A DNA stretch of 64,000 nt, taken from the NCBI GenBank assembly GCA_964606735.1, contig CAZSHI010000007.1, positions 13,630 through 77,629 on the forward strand, in the 5' to 3' direction. The notes beneath the pieces were generated by a model. The model saw nothing but the letters and a program-made list of their open reading frames with translations. It was not told where the DNA came from and ran no database searches. The position numbers and the translations under genes are program-made. This document shows positions 9,547 through 21,948 of the stretch, piece after piece. Position 1 is the stretch's first letter. Each line of letters begins with the position of its first letter. Source of the stretch: an uncultured Enterobacteriaceae bacterium. Its GTDB lineage: Bacteria > Pseudomonadota > Gammaproteobacteria > Pseudomonadales > Pseudohongiellaceae.

Positions 9547-10410
9547 CTAAAAATTACTCAGTTCTCTGTGACGAACCTGAATATTACTAATTGTTTGCGA
9601 GAAATGCTTCTTAAGTTTTTCAGACAGAAAGACGGAGCGGTGTTGGCCACCGGTACACCCCAGTGCCACGGTAATGTAACTGCGATTATTCTGTTCGAAA
9701 CAGGGAATCCATGTTTCCAGAAAGTCTTTGATATGATTGAACATTTTAATAACCTCCGGGTGGGATTCCAGGTAATCCACCACTTCCTGGTTAAGCCCGG
9801 TGAGGCCACGCAGACTGCTGACCCAATAGGGATTGGGCAGACAGCGCACATCAAAAACCATGTCAGCATCAATCGGTATTCCGTGTTTGAAGCCAAAAGA
9901 CTGAAACTGTAGAGCCAGCTTGCCGGCTTTGTGCTCAGCAACCCGCTCACGCACGATATCACGCAGGTCGTGCAGGGTAAGACTGCTGGTATCAATGGTC
10001 AGGCTGGCTAGGTCGGCAATCGGCAGCAACAGCTCTTTTTCGAGCTTGATGGCTTCAAGCAAGCCCAGTTCAGAATTACTCAGAGGGTGCTTGCGGCGGG
10101 TTTCGCTGAAGCGTTTGAGCAGGGTGTCGGTATCGGCATCCAGGTAAATGATTTGTACCTCGATATCGGTGGCAATGAGCCGTTCATGGATGAACTGAAA
10201 CTGGCTCAGGTCGCTGGACAGGTTTCTGGCATCAATACTTACAGCGACTTTATTCAGCTGCTGTTTGCTTTCTTCAGCGATACGTTCGGCTAGTGAAGCC
10301 AGCAGGCTAGCTGGCATGTTATCCACGCAGTAGTAGCCCAGGTCTTCCAGTACATGCAGGCAGGTACTTTTACCTGAGCCGGAACGACCACTGATAATGA
10401 TGAGTTTCAT
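9547..10410 (-). CDS. rapZ: RNase adapter protein RapZ (YhbJ).
   Basis: N-terminal P-loop GRSGSGKS. C-terminal CTGGQHRSV motif. Operon context. Confidence 0.93.
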   Translation of the reverse strand: MKLIIISGRSGSGKSTCLHVLEDLGYYCVDNMPASLLASLAERIAEESKQQLNKVAVSIDARNLSSDLSQFQFIHERLIATDIEVQIIYLDADTDTLLKRFSETRRKHPLSNSELGLLEAIKLEKELLLPIADLASLTIDTSSLTLHDLRDIVRERVAEHKAGKLALQFQSFGFKHGIPIDADMVFDVRCLPNPYWVSSLRGLTGLNQEVVDYLESHPEVIKMFNHIKDFLETWIPCFEQNNRSYITVALGCTGGQHRSVFLSEKLKKHFSQTISNIQVRHRELSNF

Positions 10411-10481
10411 ATGAGCTCTTGCTTGGTTGAAACTGGAAATAAACGATTATAGGGGGATTTCGTCAGGACGAAAGGCCAATT

Positions 10482-10943
10482 TCAGGCCTGAACGTCCGGG
10501 GTTCGCATCGCGGCGGTATACAGGTCGCTGTCAGTCTGACTTTTTCGCAGGCCTTCACAGTAGCTCGGGTCCTTGAATAACTCTGCCAGCGTACGCAGAA
10601 CCTCGAGATGTCCCTCAATGGTGTTTTCCGGCACCAGGAGGAAAAACAACAGATCAACCGGCTTCTGGTCAATGGCATCAAAATCGATAGGGGAAGCCAG
10701 CTTTATCAGGCAGCCGACTGTTTTCTTGCATTTGGGAACACGGCAATGGGGGATGGCGATACCATTGCCGAGCCCGGTACTGCCCAGCTGCTCGCGGGCT
10801 ATCAGAGCCTCATAGACTTCGTCAGCATTGACATCTACTTTGCTGGCGATCAGTTCGGCACTGGTTTCCAGGAGTCGTTTCTTGCTCACTCCCTCGACAT
10901 TACAAAACGTAAGCTCGGGGCTGATGATAGTTTCTAGCAGCAT
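10482..10943 (-). CDS. ptsN: Nitrogen PTS enzyme IIA (PtsN).
   Basis: 153 aa. IIA-Ntr fold signature GNGIAIPHCRV with the phospho-His. Operon context. Confidence 0.9.
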   Translation of the reverse strand: MLLETIISPELTFCNVEGVSKKRLLETSAELIASKVDVNADEVYEALIAREQLGSTGLGNGIAIPHCRVPKCKKTVGCLIKLASPIDFDAIDQKPVDLLFFLLVPENTIEGHLEVLRTLAELFKDPSYCEGLRKSQTDSDLYTAAMRTPDVQA

Positions 10944-10994
10944 CTTGACTTGGTTTACTTGTTAATTCTGTCTACAGGCCGCTTTTTGACTGGC

Positions 10995-12479
10995 CTAGAG
11001 TAGGCGTTTCCTTTCATTTGAAGGTGAGATGGACAGGGATTCCCTGTATTTCGCAATGGTACGGCGCGCAATATTAATACCTTGTTCCCCCAAAAGTGAA
11101 GTAATTTTACTATCACTGAGTGGTTTTTGCGGGTTTTCAGCAGCGACAACCTTCTTGATCAGGGCCCGGATTGCCGTCGAGGAGCACTCGCCGCCTTCCT
11201 GAGTGCTGACATGACTGGAGAAAAAATATTTCAATTCAAAGATGCCACGAGGGGTGTGCATGAATTTCTGGGTGGTAACTCGTGAGATGGTTGATTCATG
11301 CATGCCGACTGCTTCAGCAATATCGTGCAGGACCAGTGGTTTCATGGCTTCGTCGCCATAATCCAGAAAACCGCGCTGGTGCTCGACAATTTTGCTGGCA
11401 ACCTTCATCAGCGTTTCATTTCTGCTTTGCAGGCTTTTGATAAACCAGCGAGCTTCCTGCAGGTTGTCTTTGAGGAAGTTTGAATCAGCCCTAGAAACCT
11501 GTCGATTGACCAGCGCTGCGTATTCAGGATTAACCCGGATAGATGGTGTACTGTCAGGATTCAGTTCCACTTTCCAGCGCCCATTCTGTTTGGATACAAA
11601 TACATCTGGAATGACATAGGCAGCATCGGAAGGGGTGATTTCAGAGCCGGGCTTCGGGTTAAGTGAAAGTATGATTTGCAAGGCATCTTTCAGCTCAGGC
11701 TCTTTGATTTTCAGACGCTTCATGATGTAGGCGTAATCATGAGTGGCCAGTTGTGACAAAAATTCATTAACTATCCTGCGGGCGGTCGGGTAGCTGGCAC
11801 AGTGCTGGTCGTAATGATCCAGTTGCAGGTTCAGGCATTCCTTCAGGTCTCGGTAACCCACGCCAACCGGGTCAAACTGCTGGATACGATGCAGAACCGC
11901 GAGAACCTCTTCCTCGTCGATATCCAGCTCGCGAATCAGCCCGGCGTGGATGGATTCGATGCTGGACGTTAATTGGCCATTGGGATCAATCGCATCGATG
12001 ATGGCAGTGGCAATAAGACGGTCACTGTCTGACATCGGTGTGAGATTGAGCTGCCAGTTAAGATGGTCCTGCAGGCTTTCAGCTGTGCTGTTGCGAGATT
12101 CGAAATCACTGTCCTCAAAGTCTTGAGCGGCATGACTGCTGGGCGCGGTGTTGATATAGACATCTTCCCAGGAACTGTCGACGGAAAGCTCTTCGGGAAT
12201 GTTGTTATCTTCCCAGTCTGAAGCGGACAGGTCCTGAACGCTTTCCTCTACCTCGTCACGGGGGGATGTTAGCTTATCGGCATAATCTTCTGTGTCGGAA
12301 CTTTCCCTGTCATCCTCATTCTGGGACTCCTCCAGTTCCAGCATGGGATTACTTTCCAGAGCTTCCTGGATTTCCTGCTGCAGATCCAGAGTCGACAGTT
12401 GCAGGAGGCGGATTGCCTGCTGCAATTGTGGGGTCATGGTAAGTTGCTGACCCAGTTTGAGTTGTAGCGATAATTTCAT
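10995..12479 (-). CDS. rpoN: RNA polymerase sigma-54 factor.
   Basis: Gln/Leu-rich region I ([18 protein letters not shown]), an acidic region II, and the RpoN box [10 protein letters not shown]. Confidence 0.96.
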   Translation of the reverse strand: MKLSLQLKLGQQLTMTPQLQQAIRLLQLSTLDLQQEIQEALESNPMLELEESQNEDDRESSDTEDYADKLTSPRDEVEESVQDLSASDWEDNNIPEELSVDSSWEDVYINTAPSSHAAQDFEDSDFESRNSTAESLQDHLNWQLNLTPMSDSDRLIATAIIDAIDPNGQLTSSIESIHAGLIRELDIDEEEVLAVLHRIQQFDPVGVGYRDLKECLNLQLDHYDQHCASYPTARRIVNEFLSQLATHDYAYIMKRLKIKEPELKDALQIILSLNPKPGSEITPSDAAYVIPDVFVSKQNGRWKVELNPDSTPSIRVNPEYAALVNRQVSRADSNFLKDNLQEARWFIKSLQSRNETLMKVASKIVEHQRGFLDYGDEAMKPLVLHDIAEAVGMHESTISRVTTQKFMHTPRGIFELKYFFSSHVSTQEGGECSSTAIRALIKKVVAAENPQKPLSDSKITSLLGEQGINIARRTIAKYRESLSISPSNERKRLL

Positions 12480-12596
12480 GTTCGCCAGTATCTATTACAC
12501 AGCTGATTTCGACATCATGGGGTGGTTAACAGTCAGTGCAATATAGCAAAGATCATGCAAGTATCATACCGATTCCGGCTTGCTGCTTGATAGCCG

Positions 12597-13337
12597 TCAA
12601 ATACGAAATTCGTGGCCCAGATAAACGCTTTTGACCTCTTCATTGCTGAGGATGCTGGAAGGGTCGCCGGTTGCCAGAATGCTGCCTTCATTAACGATGT
12701 AGGCTAACTCACAGATATCGAGGGTTTCCCGCACATTATGATCGGTGATCAGGATGCCGATATTACGCGCACTCAAATCCCGGATAATCTGCTTGAGATC
12801 GCCCACCGAAATCGGATCGACACCGGCAAAAGGTTCATCCAGTAATATAAAATCCGGTTCGGTTGCCAGTGCCCGGGCGATTTCAACGCGGCGTCGCTCA
12901 CCACCAGATAGACTCATACCCAGACTGTTCTCAAGGTGGCTGACATGGAACTCCTGCAGCAACTGCTGACAAAGCTGGACACGGGCATCACGGTCAAGCT
13001 CGGCGCGGGTTTCCAGAATGGCCATGATGTTATCCCTGACCGTGAGCTTGCGAAATATTGATGCTTCCTGCGGCAGATAGCTCAGGCCCTTGCGAGCTCG
13101 TTCGTGCATGGGTGCTTTTGAGATGTCTTCCTGGTCAATGAAGACTTCGCCGTGATCGGCTTTGACCAAGCCGATAATCATGTAAAAAGAGGTGGTTTTG
13201 CCGGCGCCATTGGGACCCAGCAGACCCACGATCTGTCCGCTTTTGACAGTCAGTGAGGCATCCCTGACGACCTGACGTCCCTTGTAGGACTTGGCCAGCT
13301 TGCGGACACTGAGTGTTCTAACAGGGTGTGTATTCAA
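12597..13337 (-). CDS. lptB: LPS export ABC transporter ATPase LptB.
   Basis: Walker [10 protein letters not shown]. Signature [15 protein letters not shown]. Sits between lptA and rpoN. Confidence 0.95.
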   Translation of the reverse strand: MNTHPVRTLSVRKLAKSYKGRQVVRDASLTVKSGQIVGLLGPNGAGKTTSFYMIIGLVKADHGEVFIDQEDISKAPMHERARKGLSYLPQEASIFRKLTVRDNIMAILETRAELDRDARVQLCQQLLQEFHVSHLENSLGMSLSGGERRRVEIARALATEPDFILLDEPFAGVDPISVGDLKQIIRDLSARNIGILITDHNVRETLDICELAYIVNEGSILATGDPSSILSNEEVKSVYLGHEFRI

Positions 13338-13849
13338 GGGGAGCCGGGTTGGGCAGGGATGACCATGTTCATCTGGGTGGCATCCAGCTTGCGATTGGTA
13401 ATGTCGTAATCGATACGGGCAGCAGTTGTATCAATGGTACCTTCCTGCGAGAAAGAAGCCCCACCTTCAATGGTGATTGTCTGATTGGTGTTGTTAAACA
13501 TAATCCTTTCGCCGTAGGCATAGACAATGGCCTGATCGATGGCAGGTTGCTGCTGGAAACTGGCCGGCGAGCCGGTAGCAGTCACCTGCTGAATGACGCC
13601 CTGTATACGTTCAATGGTAATTTCAAGGCCACTTAAACGCAGGCTGCCCTGGGTTATTTCTGCAGGCTGGGTTTCTGTGCCACGGCAGATTTCCAGACCC
13701 TGGTCCAGGAAAGATTCACTCTGTGCCGGGCAGCTCGTCAGCAGGTCCTGGTTAAGGTCATCCGGGAGAGCCACTAGCACAGCAGGCAGCAGTAACAGGC
13801 TGAGCATGATTCCGGTAGTGTTCAATCTAGTCATAGCGACCCTGGACAT
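13334..13849 (-). CDS. lptA: Periplasmic LPS transport protein LptA.
   Basis: Signal peptide and OstA-like beta-jellyroll composition. Position between lptC and lptB. The true start may be an internal Met at 13834 or 13807. Confidence 0.8.
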   Translation of the reverse strand: MSRVAMTRLNTTGIMLSLLLLPAVLVALPDDLNQDLLTSCPAQSESFLDQGLEICRGTETQPAEITQGSLRLSGLEITIERIQGVIQQVTATGSPASFQQQPAIDQAIVYAYGERIMFNNTNQTITIEGGASFSQEGTIDTTAARIDYDITNRKLDATQMNMVIPAQPGSP

Positions 13850-14390
13850 TGCCTAAAAATGTAAGGTGTTTGCTGAATAAATCGGCAGTCATACCCTGGC
13901 TGCTGATTTCACGGCTGCCGGATTCCATCAGGACATCCTGATCCGTTGTCAGAATCCGGCTGTCGAGATAGATCGTCAATGCTTCCGTGTAAATATTATG
14001 CGTCTCACCTCGATTATCAGTATGTTGGACAATAACATTCTCTGATAATTCCAGCTTGTCTTCGGCACGATCAGCATCTTGCTGTATTGTGCCATAGGCT
14101 GCACTGAGGAACCACGGACCGGCCTCGTCAGCATAAAAAATCAAACGAGGCGTTTCAATACTGGTCAGTTCGGGTTCCGGGTAGTGCAGGATCCGTTCGG
14201 CCTGCAAGCGATAGAGAGAGTCTCCCGCAGCACTGAAGCGAGTACTATCTACGACACTCATGTAGTAATCAAAATCCTGGTTTACCCGGCTGCCACTTAA
14301 TGCTGCATTCTGTGTTTCATCCGTTGCGCTGTTGAGCAGATAAAACAGCAAAATAAAACAAGCTATCAAGAGTAGGCTGCGTTTGGGCAT
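13827..14390 (-). CDS. lptC: LPS export protein LptC.
   Basis: N-terminal anchor MPKRSLLLIACFILLFYLL. Start trimmed to the ATG at 14390 so that it abuts the kdsC stop at 14392. Confidence 0.78.
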   Translation of the reverse strand: MPKRSLLLIACFILLFYLLNSATDETQNAALSGSRVNQDFDYYMSVVDSTRFSAAGDSLYRLQAERILHYPEPELTSIETPRLIFYADEAGPWFLSAAYGTIQQDADRAEDKLELSENVIVQHTDNRGETHNIYTEALTIYLDSRILTTDQDVLMESGSREISSQGMTADLFSKHLTFLGNVQGRYD

Positions 14391-14391
14391 G

Positions 14392-14925
14392 TTACAGGTA
14401 GGGCTCGATGGCCTGCTCAAATTTGTCTTGAGCCTGTAGAATCAGGTCGCAAATTTCCCGCACGGCACCTGCTCCGCCGCGACGCTGCGTGCAGCATAGG
14501 GCATGTTGTTGCAGGACCGGATGTGCATTGGGTACGGTCACAGCAAAGCCAACGCGTCGCATGCAGGCAAGATCCGGCAGATCATCACCGATATAGGCGG
14601 CTTCCTGATAGCCCAGCTTGAGACTCTGGAGCAATTCATCGAGTGCTGCCAGTTTGGATTCGCTGCCCTGCACAAGTTTGCTGATACCCAGTTCCCTGGC
14701 GCGACGGCTGACAACATTGGATTCCCGGTTGGTGATGATGGCAACTTCAATACCATTGTTGAGCAGCAGTTTGATTCCCTGACCATCAAGAATGTTGAAG
14801 CTTTTGATTTCATCTCCGTTGTTACTGTAATACAGCTTGCCATCACTGAGTACACCGTCAACATCCAGCACCAGCAGTTTTATGTGACGGGCTTTTTCCT
14901 GAATTTCACGTGGGAAGTCCTGCAT
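14392..14925 (-). CDS. kdsC: KDO 8-phosphate phosphatase KdsC.
   Basis: HAD motif LVLDVDGVLSDG. 177 aa. Follows kdsD. Confidence 0.9.
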   Translation of the reverse strand: MQDFPREIQEKARHIKLLVLDVDGVLSDGKLYYSNNGDEIKSFNILDGQGIKLLLNNGIEVAIITNRESNVVSRRARELGISKLVQGSESKLAALDELLQSLKLGYQEAAYIGDDLPDLACMRRVGFAVTVPNAHPVLQQHALCCTQRRGGAGAVREICDLILQAQDKFEQAIEPYL

Positions 14926-14927
14926 GC

Positions 14928-15899
14928 TTACACCACGTTGGCTTTTAAGAGGTCATGCATGGTCACGATGCCGCTGAGTTGCTGTTCAGCATTCAACACC
15001 ACGAGTGAGTATATTTCATTGTCCTGCATCAGTTTTGCGGCTTCTGAGGCCAGCGCATTTTCTGCAATGGCGCGGAAACTGCCTGTCATCACCTCGCCGA
15101 TTCGGGTGCTTTGCAGATCAAGCTTCTGATCAAGAAAACGACGCAGGTCTCCGTCTGTAAAAACACCACACAGTTTACGCTTGTCATCCTCGATGGCCGT
15201 CATGCCGAGTTTTTTGGCGCTCATTTCAAGCAGGGCTTCGCTGACAGGGATGTCTTGTGTAACCAGCGGAATATCTTTGCCCCGATGCATGACATCGCTG
15301 ACCTTCAGCAAGAGCCGACGTCCGAGGTTGCCACCCGGGTGGGAAAAGGCGAAATCTTCGGCAGTAAAACCTCGGGCTTCCAGCAAAGCCATGGCCAGGG
15401 CATCGCCAAGTACCAGTGCCACTGTGGTGCTGGTGGTGGGTGCCAGGCCCAGCGGACAGGCTTCCTGGGACACGCTGGCATCCAGATTGACATCGGCGCT
15501 TTCAGCCAGCGGTGACATTGCATTGCCACACATGCTGATCAGAGGGACACCCTTGCGTTTGAGAACAGCCAGTATGACCAGGATCTCTTCGGTTGTGCCT
15601 GAGTTTGACAGGGCGAGCACCACATCATTTGCCGTGATCATGCCAATGTCACCATGACTGGCTTCTGCCGGGTGAACAAAGTAGGCCGGTGTGCCTGTGC
15701 TGGCCAGGGTGGCAGCGATTTTTTTGGCAATATGCCCCGATTTTCCAATACCCATGACGATGGCACGTCCCGAGCAATTCAGGATGAGCGAGCAGGCCTG
15801 TTCAAAATCCTGATTGATCCTGCTCTTGAGAGCTGCAACTGCATCCAGTTCAAGACTGATAGTTCGCAGCGCGGTCTCCGAAAAAGAATTGTTGCTCAT
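14928..15899 (-). CDS. kdsD: Arabinose-5-phosphate isomerase KdsD.
   Basis: SIS domain (GIGKSGHIAKKIAATLASTGTPA) plus a C-terminal CBS pair. Confidence 0.93.
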   Translation of the reverse strand: MSNNSFSETALRTISLELDAVAALKSRINQDFEQACSLILNCSGRAIVMGIGKSGHIAKKIAATLASTGTPAYFVHPAEASHGDIGMITANDVVLALSNSGTTEEILVILAVLKRKGVPLISMCGNAMSPLAESADVNLDASVSQEACPLGLAPTTSTTVALVLGDALAMALLEARGFTAEDFAFSHPGGNLGRRLLLKVSDVMHRGKDIPLVTQDIPVSEALLEMSAKKLGMTAIEDDKRKLCGVFTDGDLRRFLDQKLDLQSTRIGEVMTGSFRAIAENALASEAAKLMQDNEIYSLVVLNAEQQLSGIVTMHDLLKANVV

Positions 15900-15903
15900 G
15901 GGG

Positions 15904-16875
15904 TCAACTCATTACGATCAGTAAAGCAGTGTAAGATAAATACAGCGCCAATAAAACTACACCCATGGCCCGCCCCAGCTTCTGCTGTTGATGAATTTTA
16001 AAGGCAATGATGCAGGCCAGCAGTAAGGTGATGCTTAACATGGACAGCGTATCGCGCCAGAACACAACAGGTTCAATAGTTAGCGGAGCCAGAAAGGCCG
16101 GTACCGGCAATACCAGCAGAAGGTTGAGGATGTTGGAGCCGAAGACATTGCCCACCGCAAGATCATGATGTCCACGCAAAGCGCCCATGGCAGAAGCGGC
16201 CAGTTCGGGCAAGCTGGTGCCGATGGCAACAATGGTCAGACCAATAATCAGCTCACTGACACCCAGTTCACGGGCAATGCCGCTCGCGCCATATACCAGT
16301 ATGTTGGCACTGAATAGCAGAACCACCAGTCCCATTAGCATCAGAGCCAGCGCTTTGCGGGTGCTGATGTCAGCAATATAGTCGGCAATTTCCTCAGACT
16401 CCGACATGTGGGATTTTGACAATGCGCCTTTTCGTTTCAGGATAAACCAGGTAAACAGTGCTAGCAGAAGCAACAGGATAATACCGTCGATCCGGTTGAT
16501 CGACAGGTCCTGGAAGATGAAAACAGCCGCAAGTGTAACCAGAAGCAGCGCCGGCAATTCTTCCTTGAGCAGAGTGACCGGGATAACAATCGGACAGATC
16601 AGCAGGGTAATACTGAGCACCAGACCGATATTGGCAATATTGGAACCAATCACATTGCCAATTGCCAGTTCAGGCGCGCCGCGCAGTGCCGCCGTTGCGG
16701 AGGTGAAAATTTCAGGGGCAGAGGTGCCGAAAGAAACGACCGTCAAACCGATAACCAGAACGGAAACACCGAGGTTGCGGGCAGTGGTGGAAGCCCCCAG
16801 AACAAACTTGTCGGCACTCCATAAGAGCCCAATGATCCCGACGATAATTGCCAGCGCGAACAGTAAGTAATTCAT
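15904..16875 (-). CDS. yrbG: Ca2+/Na+ antiporter of the YrbG (CaCA) family.
   Basis: Two alpha-repeats, GTSAPE and GTSLPE. 10-TM-like profile. Conserved position next to kdsD. Confidence 0.88.
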   Translation of the reverse strand: MNYLLFALAIIVGIIGLLWSADKFVLGASTTARNLGVSVLVIGLTVVSFGTSAPEIFTSATAALRGAPELAIGNVIGSNIANIGLVLSITLLICPIVIPVTLLKEELPALLLVTLAAVFIFQDLSINRIDGIILLLLLALFTWFILKRKGALSKSHMSESEEIADYIADISTRKALALMLMGLVVLLFSANILVYGASGIARELGVSELIIGLTIVAIGTSLPELAASAMGALRGHHDLAVGNVFGSNILNLLLVLPVPAFLAPLTIEPVVFWRDTLSMLSITLLLACIIAFKIHQQQKLGRAMGVVLLALYLSYTALLIVMS

Positions 16876-16937
16876 GCAATATCCTGTCAGGGAATAAATC
16901 GCGATTATAGCTTATTTGCTTTGGCCAGTGATAAATT

Positions 16938-16966
16938 CTGACATTGCTGCAGCTTTACGGTAAAAT
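16938..16966 (+). promoter_or_regulatory. Candidate sigma-70 promoter for ibaG-murA.
   Basis: CTGACA, 17-nt spacer, TAAAAT. It lies inside the 5' extension of the track ORF, which argues for the ibaG start at 16995. Confidence 0.4.
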
Positions 16967-16994
16967 GCCCGCCGAATTAAACAGGCCACAAACA

Positions 16995-17231
16995 ATGTCG
17001 TTAAGTACTGAAGAAATAGCGGAACTGATTCGCGCAGAAATGGCGAATGCGCAGGTGCATGTGCAGGGAGCAGATGCCAAGTATCAGATCCAGGTCATCG
17101 CTGATGAATTTGCAGGTCTGAATGCTGTGAAGCGTCAGCAACGTATTTATCGGATTATTAATCCGCATATCGCATCGGGTGAAATTCATGCGGTCAGTAT
17201 GCAACTGCAAACGCAGGATGAGCATCAGTAA
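16995..17231 (+). CDS. ibaG: BolA-family protein IbaG (YrbA).
   Basis: 78-aa BolA-like sequence immediately upstream of murA, as in enterics and pseudomonads. Start moved to the ATG at 16995. Confidence 0.8.
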   Translation: MSLSTEEIAELIRAEMANAQVHVQGADAKYQIQVIADEFAGLNAVKRQQRIYRIINPHIASGEIHAVSMQLQTQDEHQ

Positions 17232-17252
17232 TTGACTGGCAAGCTGGTTTAT

Positions 17253-17279
17253 AAAAAGAGCCAGCCGGCTCTTTTTTTA
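17253..17279 (+). terminator. Rho-independent (bidirectional-type) terminator after ibaG.
   Basis: AAAAAGAGCC-agcc-GGCTCTTTTTTT. Confidence 0.8.
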
Positions 17280-17319
17280 TGTTTGGAAAATGCTCACACA
17301 GCAAAGTTCAAACTGATAG

Positions 17320-18621
<1,302 letters not shown>

Positions 18622-18666
18622 CCAGATTTCGATTCCTTAATGATGAATGCAATAAGGGAATAGTTT

Positions 18667-19308
18667 ATGTCTGCACAGGGACTGGTAATCGCTCTGACAA
18701 AAGGGCGGATAATGGAAGAAGTGCTGCCTTTGCTGGAGCAGGCAGGGGTTATTCCTGCCGAGGATTTGAATAAAAGTCGCAAGCTGATTTTTGACAGCAA
18801 TATTGAAGGCGTACAGCTGATGGTCATCCGTGGTTCTGATGTGCCAACCTATGTTGAACTGGGTTGTGCCGATATTGGCATTACCGGTAAGGACATCATC
18901 ATGGAAAATGGATCAAGCGGGTTTTATGAACCGCTGGATCTTAAACTCGCCACCTGCCGCTTGATGACGGCCAGGCCAATTGATCAAACGCAAAATCCCA
19001 GACGTCTGCGTGTGGCCAGCAAGTTCGTTAATATAGCAAAGCGTTATTTTTCCGAAAAAGGCCAACAGGTCGATATCATCAAACTCAATGGTGCACTGGA
19101 GCTGGCACCATTAATGGGGCTGGCGGACTGCATTGTGGATATCGTTGACACAGGAAATACGCTCAAAGCCAACGGTCTGGTACCTGAGGAATTGATTGCC
19201 GAAGTCAGTACCCGTGTAATCGTGAACAAGGCAGCCATGAAACTGAAACATAAACAGATTCAGAGTTTGCTGAGCCGATTGCAGGATGCCGTCAATGTGT
19301 CTAATTAA
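18667..19308 (+). CDS. hisG: ATP phosphoribosyltransferase, short form.
   Basis: 213 aa and lacks the C-terminal regulatory domain. This implies a HisZ partner elsewhere. Confidence 0.93.
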   Translation: MSAQGLVIALTKGRIMEEVLPLLEQAGVIPAEDLNKSRKLIFDSNIEGVQLMVIRGSDVPTYVELGCADIGITGKDIIMENGSSGFYEPLDLKLATCRLMTARPIDQTQNPRRLRVASKFVNIAKRYFSEKGQQVDIIKLNGALELAPLMGLADCIVDIVDTGNTLKANGLVPEELIAEVSTRVIVNKAAMKLKHKQIQSLLSRLQDAVNVSN

Positions 19309-19325
19309 GCAAGTCCAGAAGCAAA

Positions 19326-20621
19326 ATGCTAAGACTTAAAAAACTAAGTACGCAGGATTCCGATTTTTCCACGCAATTGGAGAAGGCTCTGGCCTGGGAG
19401 TCCCTGGCCAGTTCTGCTGTGTTGCAAAGTGTGCAGAGTATTCTGGCTGAGGTCAGGGCCGAGGGTGATAGTGCGCTTCTGGCATTGACGGAACGTTTTG
19501 ACAAACTGACACTACAGAATGCCAGTGAGCTCGAAATTCCGTCACAAAGGTTGCAGCAGAGCCTGCAGGAAATTCCCGCAGATCAGGCCAGTGCATTGCA
19601 GGAGGCTGCAGAGCGCATTCGCCGTTACCATGAAAAACAGAAACAGGATTCCTGGCAATACACTGATGATGATGGCTCTGTCTATGGTCAGAAAGTCACT
19701 GCACTGGATCGGGTTGGTATCTATATTCCTGGTGGAAAAGCCTCATATCCCTCAACGGTTCTGATGGATGCCATTCCGGCCAGGGTAGCAGGTGTAAAAG
19801 AAATCATTGCCATGGTGCCAACTCCTGCAGGAGAGGTAAATGAGTTGGTGCTGGCGGCACTGGCCCTGGCGGGTGTAGACCGCGTATTTCGTGTTGGCGG
19901 CGCCCAGGCAATAGCTGCTCTGGCCTACGGAACGCAATCGATTCCAAAGGTCGACAAGATTGTCGGTCCGGGCAACATTTATGTGGCTCTGGCCAAGCAA
20001 CAGGTTTTTGGGCAGGTTGGCATCGACATGGTTGCCGGTCCCTCGGAGATTCTGGTGATATGCGATGGTTCTACCGACCCTGAGTGGGTGGCCATGGATC
20101 TGTTTTCCCAGGCGGAACACGACGAAGATGCCCAGTCCATTCTGCTGTGCCCGGATGAGGAATACATTGCGGCTGTTGAAAGCAGTATGCAGACTTTACT
20201 GCCTCAAATGGAACGCCAGGAAATTATCAAGGCTTCACTCGAATCGCGTGGTCTGCTGATTAAAACACGTGATTTGGAGGAAGCTGCTGCCGTATCCAAC
20301 CGGATAGCACCCGAGCACCTGGAGCTTTCACTGAAAGATCCACAAGCACTGTTATCGCAGATCAAGCATGCCGGTGCGATCTTCCTGGGGGCCTATACCT
20401 CGGAAGCACTGGGTGATTACTGTGCCGGGCCGAGTCATGTATTGCCAACCTCAGGGACAGCCCGATTTTCATCTGCCCTGGGGGTCTATGATTTTCAGAA
20501 ACGCTCATCAATTATTCAGTGTTCGGCTGAAGCTGCTTCACGTCTGGCAGATACAGCCTCAAAACTTGCCCGTTCGGAAGGTCTGACGGCGCATGCCCGT
20601 TCAGCCGAATACCGCAAATAA
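19326..20621 (+). CDS. hisD: Histidinol dehydrogenase.
   Basis: 431 aa, full-length HisD-like sequence directly after hisG. Confidence 0.95.
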   Translation: MLRLKKLSTQDSDFSTQLEKALAWESLASSAVLQSVQSILAEVRAEGDSALLALTERFDKLTLQNASELEIPSQRLQQSLQEIPADQASALQEAAERIRRYHEKQKQDSWQYTDDDGSVYGQKVTALDRVGIYIPGGKASYPSTVLMDAIPARVAGVKEIIAMVPTPAGEVNELVLAALALAGVDRVFRVGGAQAIAALAYGTQSIPKVDKIVGPGNIYVALAKQQVFGQVGIDMVAGPSEILVICDGSTDPEWVAMDLFSQAEHDEDAQSILLCPDEEYIAAVESSMQTLLPQMERQEIIKASLESRGLLIKTRDLEEAAAVSNRIAPEHLELSLKDPQALLSQIKHAGAIFLGAYTSEALGDYCAGPSHVLPTSGTARFSSALGVYDFQKRSSIIQCSAEAASRLADTASKLARSEGLTAHARSAEYRK

Positions 20622-20663
20622 AATCCAGAACTTATCGTCCTTTGAGGAGCCAGCAGCTTGCTG

Positions 20664-21836
20664 CTATTGAATGGTGAACAGCACGAAGGGTTCGCCGATG
20701 CCCAGTTTGACAGGGATCTTCAGCTGGCTGCGTTCGCGGAAAATTTCTATTTCAACGATTTCGCCAGCACCCAGACTGCTGATGCTTTCAATGGCTTCAA
20801 ACAGTTCATCTTCGTTGGACAGGGTGCCAATTTTCTGCTGGTTAAAACCGGTGATAATGTCACCGGCCCGAATGCCGGCCCGCTGCGCCGGGCCATCTTC
20901 AACCAGCGACACAACTCGCAGCCCCTGGACACGTTGTCCATACAATAAAAGCCCTTCATTGGCCGAGAAATATTCGATATCTGAGACGCCAAGATAGCCG
21001 CCGGGGCCACTTTCATAATAATAATCTAGCAGCAGTGAAATCATACTGGCATGTGTTGCAAAGCCGATCCCTTCAGAGCCGCCGGACTCCGAAAGGATAT
21101 TGGAATTGATGCCGATCAGCTGGCCATCTGCATTTATCAAGGCGCCGCCGGAATAACCCGGATTTATGGCAGCATCTGTCTGGATGAGTTGTGCATTGTC
21201 CGTCTGGTAGAGAGCACTGATAATCCCCAGAGAAGCTGAGAGTCCAATGTTTCTCGGGTTGCCCAGGGCCACAACCAGATCGCCAACTTCCTGATCACTC
21301 AGGGTATAAGGTTCGACATGGCTGATATTGGGGCTGTCAATTTTTAACAGAGCAAGGTCACTGGCTTCATCATATAAGAGTGGCCGCGCATTGACTGTCC
21401 TGCCGTCATAGAGGGTGGCAGTTATGGTTTCGGGGAAATTGACAACGCCGGTCTCTGGACTGACAAAAATATGGTAACTGGTTACCAGGAAACCATCGGC
21501 GGTAATAATTACCCCTGAGCCTAGACTGTTGTTCTCATTCAGGTCGGTAATCTGCAGTCTGGCCAGACTGCTCAGTGAATTGCTGAAGTCCTGGGCATTT
21601 TCAGATTCGGCCAGCACTTGTTGCAGATTGATTGTGACAACAGCCGGCATGACTTTTTGAATGGCATCCTTAAAGGAGCGGGGGAAGCCCGGCTGGGGAG
21701 CACTGACAAGAGGCTCGGGCTCAGCTTCCGTCAAAGACAGCATCTCGGCCAGCCTGGGTAATTGAAGGATTACCAGGGCAAACACCAGTCCGGAAAGTGC
21801 CGGCCAGAATATATAGTTGAAAACTTTATTCATCAA
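20664..21836 (-). CDS. Membrane-anchored trypsin-like serine protease with one PDZ domain (DegS/AlgW-like).
   Basis: N-terminal TM helix. Catalytic His (TSYHIF), Asp (SDLALLKI) and Ser (NPGYSGGALIN). C-terminal PDZ. Same neighbourhood as algW in pseudomonads (recalled). Confidence 0.8.
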   Translation of the reverse strand: MMNKVFNYIFWPALSGLVFALVILQLPRLAEMLSLTEAEPEPLVSAPQPGFPRSFKDAIQKVMPAVVTINLQQVLAESENAQDFSNSLSSLARLQITDLNENNSLGSGVIITADGFLVTSYHIFVSPETGVVNFPETITATLYDGRTVNARPLLYDEASDLALLKIDSPNISHVEPYTLSDQEVGDLVVALGNPRNIGLSASLGIISALYQTDNAQLIQTDAAINPGYSGGALINADGQLIGINSNILSESGGSEGIGFATHASMISLLLDYYYESGPGGYLGVSDIEYFSANEGLLLYGQRVQGLRVVSLVEDGPAQRAGIRAGDIITGFNQQKIGTLSNEDELFEAIESISSLGAGEIVEIEIFRERSQLKIPVKLGIGEPFVLFTIQ

Positions 21837-21948
21837 AGGCCCTCTTTATTGGGGCTTCAGATATGGGCTATTGCCTGAATTTGTTATGATGCGAGGCTTC
21901 GAGTATACAGTAATTGAATAAAGCAAACACTTTGCTGTCGGGGATAAG

